Shown one piece after another: positions 53,771-64,000 of a stretch of DNA of 64,000 nt (position 1 is its first letter; every line of letters begins with the position of its first letter). A model generated the notes under the pieces. The model searched no databases. It was not told the origin of the DNA and was given only the letters and a program-made list of their open reading frames with translations. The stretch spans positions 930,001 through 994,000 of the forward strand of contig JAQGDQ010000006.1 in the NCBI GenBank assembly GCA_030141605.1. The letters are read 5' to 3'. The stretch is from Tubiluchus corallicola. Lineage: Eukaryota; Animalia; Priapulida. The translations under genes were made by a program, and so were the position numbers.

Positions 53771-56139
53771 CACAAGATCGGGACAGAAAGGCGACACATT
53801 ACTTAGAACTAACTCTGGCCAATCATGTTCAGCTTACACGGGAACAGTAATTTCGAATAATTGTGCAATTGTCAAAGCGTTTAAACATCAAGTTAAAAAC
53901 ATTTTCAAAATGAATTTTTCTTCCAAACTCTAAGTATAGTTACTTTAACTTTGCGTTAAATGTACGTTACATAATCCAATTTAAGGAGCTAAGATACGTG
54001 TGTTAGCGGTATATTCATTATAGTATTCTAGCTGGGAAGTTTTGCAACCTCATATAAACAATTGTTCGTATTACTATGCTAAGTATCTAATTTATGATTA
54101 TTGTTGTATCTTAATACAGGACCTTATTTCAAACGAGCACTGTGCTCAATCAGGTTTATCCTGTTTGTAAGAATTTACACAATAATAATGTCTATTTGTA
54201 GCGCTGAAGGAAATGCACGCCAGTTGATTAAGCTTTTAGTTGTTGTTCCCACAACGGACGCAAGACACACAACGTGACAAATCGTCACCACGCAGTAATT
54301 CTGGATTTACTGGGATATTTGACATAATATCCGGTTAATTTCAACGTTCTACATGGCGACGACTGCAAGCAGCATGCCGTGATTATAGGGATATTGATTT
54401 ACAGTTGGCAGCAGATGCAATATAGCGTCTTAACCGTGGAGTGGTACCTAAATTACACATTGCAGCAAACATGAATTGCTTGCACAGTAAATTGATGCTT
54501 ACTGTTAAACCAGGTAATTGTGTAAAAAAAAGTGTGAACTCTTGACCTGATAAGCGTTTTGAAGGACACTAAGAGACCTTGTTCGCCGGGAACGCTGAGA
54601 GGAACGATTCAAAGCTTATTGAACTAACGGAAATCAAACTAAGCAGCACCAACAAATCTGAATTTGCCGCCTGACAAACAGAGACAGGACCACCGACAAA
54701 ACAACCGTCTAGCTTAATCTAAAATAATTATTAATTTTCCCAAAATTAAACCACAAGGGCGTATTTAACAAGTTTCTATTAAGGTGTTTGTTTTTTTTGT
54801 AATTACTGATAAATGAAACAAGTAAATCAGAAAACAGAGAACCGTTTGCTCATGACAATTTTAGCCCAAACTTAGGCGTGCTTTGAGGTATAGCATATTG
54901 TCACTTATGTCATACCTTAAAAAGAACGCTTATTGAAAAACAATACGCATATAACAACAAATATATATATATATTACAACATGGCCAGATGTCTAAAACT
55001 CTAAGATAACTTGCTGTAGTGTGAGCATGCTCCTATGATATTATTGTGTCATGGGATTGGACCTTAAACTTTCCACTGAAGTCTACTTTGGAGTTAAATG
55101 TGAAAGTAGTAAAAGTAGTAATTTAGGCCATTTAGCTGTAGGTTAAGGCAATGACTTAGTTAAAAGCACCTGCGCTACTTATAACTTGTGAAGTTGGGTT
55201 TAGCTGCAAAGACTACGCCAAGCTGTTATGATCATTTTATAATCCACACGAAAGACACGGTAGGCCTGATCATGACGAAAATTGATGCTTACATTTGATT
55301 GACAGAACTGATGATGAATTTCTGACAAATATTTTTATTTGTTTCTGATTTACGTTTCCGGGAGAAATATACCCCTTTATATATTTAATCAATTTCGGCA
55401 CGCTGCTGGGCTGCAACTAAACTACCAACAGTCTTCACCAATAGATTACGTGCCGCCGTATGCTTGCGAGTTCGAATCCTATTTGTGAACTGCTATGCGA
55501 GTTACTGTGGGCGTTACTGTGAGTAACTTGGCGAGTTACCTCGGTGAGAACACTCGCTAGTCTGAGTATTACTAATATTTTGGCGATGTTCTTGAATTGT
55601 TGTTCGGTTTCTTCCGCAAAACCTTGGTAGTTATACGAAAAAGGGAATCTGTTATTAGGCCTTGTCCGTAGCATGGAAAAAAGCTTAAATATCGTGTCAC
55701 CTGTTTTTATACAGTTTGACACGCTGCAAGCCGAAGTCCAGCATTCAACAGCAGGGCTTATTTAATGTTATTTAATGTTGATGTTTGTGGTGGGTAGTCG
55801 ACTGTAGGTTTTTCACTGTATGTACCCTAATGTTTCTACACAACACTCCAGAATTTGCATGTAGTTTTTGACTGGTCAGTAACACCATCCGCAAAAGACA
55901 CCCGAAAGAGATAATACAGCTCACTCAAAAAAAAACAGAAATGCACATTATGGAATCTTGGGACCTGAAACGAAGGTGCCAAAAGACTGCATGTAGAATT
56001 TACGGATGACCACTTTAAGAATGCTTTAGTTTGAGTCTTGATAATGGAGTTATGGAGTGGAAAGCTGATAAATATGCACAAATTCTAGGCCCCAAAACAG
56101 TACGTGCAACTGTAGATGACTTTCCAATAGCAAGAGGAC

Positions 56140-56995
56140 ATGCGAAAAAGACTGTAATCTCAAAACATCGAAGAAGCTGATTACAGGATAGTTACGATAG
56201 TATATCACATCACATTGCACCAAGCAATGTAGAAATTCGAATGAATGATACAGATTTCTTAATTATAATTTTATCTAATGTAGAGAGAAGCTTGAGAGAA
56301 GATATGCGCATATATGGTTGGAGGTCGGTATTCATTCAAAAAACATTCTGAGATATATTGATGTTATAAAGCTGTTAGCAGCACTAGGAAAACCTTTGCA
56401 TAAATTCCTAGCTGGTTCACGTAGCTTTACGTATGCGATTCTACAGCGGCCTTTTCCCAAAAAGGCAAAGCGAGACGGTAAGCCAGCCTAGAAAAAAATT
56501 GAGGCACAAATAGCTTTACGTCATTATGAAGCAGTTAACAACATGACATTCCATGCAGTTCAACAATATGTTTGCGAACTGCACGGAAACAAAAACTGAC
56601 CAGTGTGAATGACCACAAGAGTACAGAAATATATAGATATATACTCTCCAGAAACTGGTGCTCCCTTTCACAACTTTAAAGGCACTGATAAGAGTACATT
56701 GCATCTATGTAAAACTGTACTTTACCAGAAAATCTTCAGAGCAAATCTTATTTGCGGTATGTGGAATCATATCACAAAAAGTGAATCAGTAATTTATGCA
56801 TCATGCAACCTAGTGGACAATGACTGGATGTTGAAGAACAATAGGTGTGCACAAAATGGTTCGTGGGACCACAGGTACCCGTTTCCTTGGATGAAATTGT
56901 CTTGAATGAGGATAGTGATGATGATGATAATGATGATGGTGATAATGACGATGATGAGATTATCGATGACAATGCAAACAGTGAGGATGAACAAA
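56140..56995 (+). pseudogene. Decayed PIN/FEN1-like nuclease ORF, probably transposon-derived
   Basis: Ordered motifs across frameshifts: IEEADYRIV, NDTDFLII, IWLEVG, LRYIDV, CDSTAAFSQKGK, IFRANLICGMW, then an acidic tail. This matches the HEEADTR..DTDV..GCD..GKGK pattern common in repetitive invertebrate ORFs. Confidence 0.65.
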
Positions 56996-59900
56996 ATTAA
57001 AATTTCTGCTTCAGGTAAGAGTTTCCTTTGTACGAGCTATGTTTAGTTTACCGTTTGTAGTTTTCTCGGTAACTCTTTAGTCATTATCACTACAATACTA
57101 AATACTGGTTTTAATAAACATTGTTTTTGCGACACAGTTTAAAGTTTCTGTTACAGTTAGATTTTCTTGGAAAATGTTTAACGTTCAGTTATTTCTCTCA
57201 TTAGCGTAATACCAAATTCGTTTTCGTAACTGGTTTGATGCATACAGTCTTACGCAGTTTTGACCGCTTTTGACCGTTATCAAGTCCATAGTGACCAGAT
57301 TTTACTTTGCCCCAGTAGTTTTTAGCCTCTAATGCAGAATAGTGTCACCTACAATTGTAGAGTAAATCTGGCCCTGTGTCTTATGATGCATTGTTCAGTA
57401 GAAGTCGTCTTGATTTTTAATTTGCCCCAGCTAACCTCGTCAGCTTGAACATCTTTTGACTGTCCGCAGTAGTCAGATTTCGCTTCTTTCAGTTTTGTCA
57501 AATTTGGTGGTTTTATAATTCAGAAGCCTGTTCTCTGCAATTCAAGGCTAAAACTGTCCATGCGCTTTATGATACATTTGTCGGCCTGTTTTAGTGGTAC
57601 CTCTTGGTAGCTCAGCACCTATTATATGTGCTTATTTCGTCACGGGCTTTTAGACTAACAGTTTTAATGTAACTTTATGGATGATGAAGATCACAATCTG
57701 CGTTCATTTCAGGAACAGCATAAATTTGAATGCCGATATATATAATATAATTACATGATAATATCACGTCATTTATCAAATTCGCATTTTAGCCATAATA
57801 ATTTCAAAAGATGTATCTAAGTAAATAGTTCAAATGCATACGATAAAATGTGGGTCTCGTGAAAATTAAAGAGACAGTCACACTAAATTTTTTAATATTT
57901 CCTAAATGAAATGAAAGAATTTAATTAAACTTATATAGTGCAGATCATACATACACACACAAACACGCACGCACATAATAGTGAATAGTGCAAAGTTACT
58001 CTGATCTCAGTAGGATGATCGTAGCCCCAGTTGTATTGCCTCTGGGTGTGCACGGGAGTATACCAGAGGAACGATTTGCTGCCTAGATGTCATTAATGTA
58101 TTTGTAATGTCTTTCTGTGAGTGAATAATGATTACATAGCTGAAAACGCTCGAATACCCGAACAGAATTATTGACTATAGGACACAAATGGCAAAAATAT
58201 CAGGAAAACTACGAAATAAATTTATGTTGATAAAAACTACAAAGCAAACAACTCGCAAAGAATCAATCCGCAAAACAGTAAAAAAACGGGCAGCAATTAA
58301 GTAGTACTGGCCTACTGGGCGAGAAGAGAGGAAAAGATAGAGGGAAGTCTAGTGCCTAACAAAACTTGAGTTGCTTCTGGCAAGTAGGTGAGTTGAGAGA
58401 AACAAAATATAAAAATAGGGTTCTAAAACTAGGTGGTATTTTTAAAGTAAGTACTAGCGTGTGCAAATAAGCGTGCGGGTAATAAGCAATCTTTGTCTTC
58501 TAGGGCAAAACCAGAACTCATTACTGAGGGATCTACGCGGACGATCTTCTGACTTGAGACGCCGAGTTGACAGTAGTGCTATTTTCGGACGCATACATCC
58601 TCCAACAACTATAGAAATTGCGCAGCAGGAGTTTTCCTGTTGGTCAACCATTCATTTGCTAATTCATTTGCCGACATTGCTTAACTTTGTAGACGAGCAC
58701 ACAATGTGATCATCACTGACACTCTCTACCTGTTCTTGGTTCTGTTAAGTTATAATCAATGAGTAATGGTTAAGCTCTTTGTTGTCTTTTTAAGCCACGA
58801 TGAACAGTTTTGACAAGTTAAAGTGGAGTAGATGTACATGAAATATATAATAAAGAAATGGGACTTGTGGAATTTCGGGTATTTTAATGTTCGGCCGAAA
58901 TATGAACTTTCGGTTACCCATTTATATGTTTGTTGGTTGTTGCTGTACTACAATTTGTAATTATATTGTGTATAGGCATACCACAAGGGAACAGAATTGT
59001 CATGACTTTAAAAACACTTTGGCAGTTGGGTGTGTGGCTGATTATCTTGACTGATGGGCTATGAAGTAATTCTATACAAGAAAATATATCCTGTTAAGTT
59101 GTAATAATTATATCATCCGAGGAACTTCGGGGTAAGCTCGTGCTGAAACAACTGGACTAAATTATGTGTATGAGCTCACGCTCCATCAGAGGCCATTTGA
59201 GGGTCGCAAATGACAAGTTATATATTTTCCAATGTAATCACCGCGTTGAATTGCATGTCATGTTTACTTTCTGCCGTACCATGTAACGTTTTGCGAATTT
59301 ATTTCACGCGCACGTACTATACCTGCATTTTGCCCCTTGTGCCTAAAGCTTGTTTTCGTAACTTACGTTGGAAAAACATGATTATCTAAACCCAACCACG
59401 TTTGTCAAGTCTATTGACAAAAAAATCGCTGTCACTATTATTACAAAAAAATCTGATTGTGTAAGATCACATTCCTGAAAGGTAAAACTTCTTAAAACCA
59501 CGAAAACGTTGAATACGGAAGTAAGACATAACCGTCTTCATTATTTCTGGACTTCCAGATATTTCTATGTATACTTATAACTGCTACTTTTACTACTTTA
59601 TGCGTAATTGCATGGCCATGCACATGCGTTTTTGAATAGACTTGTTTCGTTATGACAATTTCGCACGTTCAAGTACGTGTACAAGTGCATGTGTGTACAT
59701 GTCATTACCTATTTTCGAATAGAATTTGTGTAATTCTTTGCTACGTGATACTCCGGCATTATGCGGCACTCACCGTTCATTAGTATGTGTTGCAGTCTTA
59801 TATTACTTACCTGCGATAAAAATACAAATCTTACTTCATATAGCACACGCCTAAATTTGCAAGCGGAAGCTAAGAGTTTTGATATCAATTTAAATTTTGC

Positions 59901-60328
59901 AGAATACAGAATAGGCAAGAATAACAGCTGAAGTATTTACCTCTTTCGTCTGAAAAAACGTTCGCACTTTTGCTATAATTTCGTATTGTAATACACAAAT
60001 GTGAAAGGGTTTGAATTACCGCCTGACTGCGTTTTTCTCATAGCAAAATAATTTTGTTGCACATCGTCTCACTCACTGTCTGAACTGACGCTTGGCTTAG
60101 TTGCTGCATTCGAGCAGCCAACACTAATAAGCTGAACTCGTCAATATCTGTTGAAGCCTGTGCTGTTGCAATGTACTGAGATATAGAGAGCTGATATAAA
60201 CTTTTAGACGCGGGAATACATGATGAGAAAATGGATTTTGATAACATTATTAAGAACTGATAGACTGATTACAACGATTCTGATTTTATTTAAAAGTGTA
60301 ATTGTGCCGCAGTTACTTCTCACATTAT

Positions 60329-60355
60329 ACACATACACACACGCACACACACACG

Positions 60356-60395
<40 letters not shown>

Positions 60396-60542
60396 ACCCA
60401 CACCTTTGCTACGGCGCAAAGCGACACTATGAAATTACTGGGACGACAGCCACAACGAACGACAGCGACGACGGCGATAACAACAATAACAACACAACAA
60501 CAACAACAACAACAACAAACAACAACAGCAACAACAACGATA
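60329..60542. repeat. (CA)n and (AAC)n microsatellites
   Basis: (CA)n at about 60329-60393 and (AAC)n at about 60478-60540. Confidence 0.95.
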
Positions 60543-61489
60543 ATTGAATAATAACATGAAACTGCAAATAAGATCATTGGGACAGATGGTAGCCTGTGGT
60601 TGCTTGCCTTTTTGCTCTAACTGATAAAAAATGCGCTTCATTCACTAGCATTAAACTGCGAAAAATGAATGTGTTATACGAACTGTCTCACACGTCGTTT
60701 CGCTCATACGAAATGGTGAGTACAATAAGGTCGTGGTCACATATTGGACGCACTTCCGCAAGACTCCATGAATCATCTAAATGCATGATGACTATGTAGA
60801 ATGCAGTCGTTCAAACATCTATAAATAGGTAATGATCATTTCAAACGAACTACATATAGAAATACGGTTGAAGTATTCAGAGTACTGATATAAGCTGGTT
60901 TTCGGTGTACATATTTAAAGGAACTTGTCGATTTTATGAACGTGAGTATCTAACAAATCAAACCTGTGATCAAGTGAAAGAGTCGCATTATTCGTGGCCG
61001 ATGCCTTGCATTTGTTCACGACATTTCTTATACAGCTCCGTATTCTGCAAGCTAGTACATAGTACTTAACGTAGAAAGTTGTGGAGGGATCTGAGTCAAC
61101 CTCATTATCAATGATAATACTCTAAGTTGAGACATTGAACCAGCAGCAGAGTCACGTAGTAAGAAGCTAACCGCCTAGAGTGAACCATTAATGATACGGT
61201 ACTCTATTTGTTAATATGTTATGTGCGTATTTTCAGATGAACTGCTAATGCTTCTTAATGTCAGCACATGGGTTAGTGAAGTATTGTACGTGATTTACAC
61301 AATACATTTAGATGCTGTCTGCGATCGGCAAGATGACATTCACATTCTCGTGTTATTCAACTAAGCCGAGAAAAATGAGCTTCTGAGATCGTACTTGGGT
61401 GTACGCATTGATTCCATGACACAGCATTCACTTGTTTTTTACGGGAGATAGTTCTAGCGGTCAGATAGCTGGCGACTTCGTTGGACAAT

Positions 61490-63800
61490 GTCTTTTTTCA
61501 AATTTAAAATTTCAAAATAATTTATTGATTTAACACATATTGCAATCACATTAATTGAGACACGATTTTGAAGTACAATACATAATCAGTAAAATAAAAA
61601 TAATTATGTGAAAATGATCACTGTTATTCAAGAAAAACAATGAAGGGAGACCTAAGAAGCCGAGGCTTATGGCAGGCCACACGTAAGATTTAATATAATG
61701 TCTAGAACACAATGCCCCACTCGTCGTCGTTTTAAAGCATTATACAAGACAGTGATACATCTAAGTAAAATTAACATGTAGTTAGCTATAATTAGCAATC
61801 AATTGCATGAGCTTTCATTCAAAACTTAAATCAATCAAAACTTAAAAACTTAGTCAAAGCAATTAACCTAATGAAAGTTACGTAACAGCATATAGTTCCT
61901 GATTATCTGATACTCAAGATCGAGTACACCACCATTTCTGAAATACGCCGAAAGGAATGCAGTGAATGATCGTTCTAAGGTTTATATTAAATCTGTTATA
62001 GCTATATAGCACCCAAGGTTTTTTATTCTTCGCTTTTCAGGTAAAAACTTATGAGGTTGATAAAGTTTTTAGATATCGGATTACTTTGTTCCATTCACAA
62101 TACACAAAGCCTGGAATGTGCAGAAACAGAAAGCCATTAAATGGATCTGGAGATGAAACTTATGGTTGACACCGGGTTGCTGTGGCAGCACACTTTAAGC
62201 GTTTTAAGAGTAGAACAATATTCGGTCTGGCACCTTAACTACAACCCACCTACTTTCGAAAATTTGCTAAGTACAGAAACCAGACAGGAATCAACACTGT
62301 TGGAATTCCTTATCTATGTTGTAAACCAGACTATAATGGTACATAGGCTTTTACATGATACACATTGATCGGCGTTGCATAAACGAGCAATTAAGCAATT
62401 TAACCTGAAACACCTAATAAAAAATATTACTTTTTGAGAATGCAAATTTTGGCGGCCAGGAAGTTTTCAACATTTAGGGCGCGGAATATCCTGAGTCGTT
62501 CTACAATTTCTCCGGTTCGTGGAATAGTGTCGAATTTTCGGTAGAAGATATTCGCAAACGTTTTTTGAAAGATTTTAATAATGTAAAGATCCTGTTTGTC
62601 TGCATCACGGTAATGGTAAACATCGGTCATGACGCATTGTTTAAAAGGCAAAATGTGTTCCTAGAATAGCATCAATTATTTAAAAACTTAGTCAAAGCAA
62701 TTAACCTAATGAAAGTTACGTAACAGCATATAGTTCCTGATTATCTGATACTCAAGATCGAGTACACCACCATTTCTGAAATACGCCCAAAGGAATGCAG
62801 TGAATGATCCTTCTAAGGTTTATATTAAATCTGTTATAGCTATATAGCATCCAAGGTTTTTTATTCTTCGCTTTTCAGGTAAAAACTTATGAGGTTGATA
62901 AAGTTTTTAGATATCGGATTACTTTGTTCCATTCACAATACACAAAGCCTGGAATGTGCAGAAACAGAAAGTCATTAAATGGATCTGGAGATGAAACTTA
63001 TGGTTGACACCGGGTTGCTGTGGCAGCACACTTTAAGCGTTTTAAGAGTGGAACAATATTCGGTCTGGCACCTTAACTACAACCCACCTACTTTCGAAAA
63101 TTTGCTAAGTACAGAAACCAGACAGGAATCAACACTGTTGGAATTCCTTATCTATGTTGTAAACCAGACTATAATGGTACATAGGCTTTTACATGATACA
63201 CATTGATCGGCGTTGCATAAACGAGCAATTAAGCAATTTAACCTGAAACACCTAATAAAAAATATTACTTTTTGAGAATGCAAATTTTGGCGGCCAGGAA
63301 GTTTTCAACATTTAGGGCACGGAATATCCTGAGTCGTTCTACAATTTCTCCGGTTCGTGGAATAGACAACCGTGTCGAATTTTCGGTAGCAGATATTCGC
63401 AAACGTTTTTTGAAAGATTTTAATAATGTAAAGATCCTGTTTGTCTGCATCACGGTAATGGTAAACATCGGTCATGACGCATTGTTTAAAAGGCAAAATG
63501 TGTTCTTAGAATAGCATCAATTATAATGTTGGCACTCTGTAAGTGATATTTTATTTAATAGCCTACCCGTACTGGATAATGTTGTAGTGGTCCATCCTTA
63601 TCGTCTGAATCTGTCGGTGTAGTAATGGTGACAACTGCTGGAATAAAACTCTACTAGAAAAATTTACACGAGAACACAAATTTTATTTCTTTTAGAACCG
63701 TTTTACAAATGAGACCTTTATTAACGCCGTACTAGAAAACTTGAATGAATAATGGGATTGCTGAACGAGCGTGGGACAAACACGAACGTCTTGTTTTTTG
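61490..63800 (-). mobile_element. Decayed LINE 3' region (L2/Crack-like)
   Basis: Minus-strand remnants HILPFKQ..DLYIIKIFQKTFANIF..HYSTN..DIPRPK, followed by a long AT-rich 3' region ending AATAAA-TTATTTTGAAATTT near 61520. Very degenerate; clade and boundaries uncertain. Confidence 0.45.
61842..63524. repeat. Near-identical tandem duplication, 838-bp unit x2
   Basis: Copy 1 at 61842-62679, copy 2 at 62680-63524; identical 75-aa ORFs at 62141 and 62979 (offset 838); a few substitutions and a 7-bp indel near 63366. Confidence 0.97.
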
Positions 63801-64000
63801 ATCGGTTCCTCAACCTATCAATCAGACTACCAGTGTGTGGTACAATAGGTTTTAAAAAGCTAAAACAAGTTTTAAAAAACTAAAAAATAAAGACTACTAC
63901 ATGACTGAATTGTTATTTGCTCATTTACCTAACGGAAAGTAGGTACTAATAACTTGTTTTTTAGATTTTTAGTCAATCATAATTCACTGGATGTCTGTGG

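Noticed and set aside
55430-55560. tRNA gene suggested by the B box GAGTTCGAATCC
   Set aside because: No acceptor stem or clear A box; at most a decayed tRNA-derived SINE.
60204-60641. ORFs rich in HT, CV, poly-C or poly-T
   Set aside because: These are translations of the (CA)n and (AAC)n microsatellites.
62141-63206. Two identical 75-aa ORFs as a duplicated gene, or the unit as a pair of LTRs
   Set aside because: Identity follows from the tandem duplication. The copies abut with no internal domain, lack TG..CA ends, and the ORF is antisense to LINE-like remnants.

Overview
AT-rich genomic DNA from an animal, probably an invertebrate (spliceosomal GT-AG introns, LINEs, Tc1/mariner elements, microsatellites); there are no prokaryotic features. 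I assembled four protein-coding genes by hand from splice sites and reading-frame phase. (1) The last 16 coding exons of an ARHGAP18/28/40 (Conundrum-like) RhoGAP (+, 1338-12669). (2) An intronless WDR18/Ipi3 (-, 19872-21149). (3) MCM8 (+): core exons at 30435-33041, plus three inferred small 5' exons that place its ATG at 21208, 58 bp from the WDR18 ATG, giving an 838-aa model. (4) An unrecognised 5-exon gene (-, 34540-45766) for a charged, probably disordered protein of about 285 aa, with a likely GC-AG intron and an internal TATA promoter. The rest is mostly decayed mobile DNA: a near-full-length CR1-type LINE nested in an RTE-type LINE, several TA-flanked MITEs, mariner remnants, a PIN/FEN1-like nuclease remnant, a 46-bp x18 minisatellite and an 838-bp tandem duplication. 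I found no clear new multi-gene system. The best leads are the orphan gene, the WDR18/MCM8 head-to-head arrangement and a possible Cys-rich peptide exon near 48 kb. All gene models are unverified by transcript data, and homolog sequences quoted for comparison are from memory.
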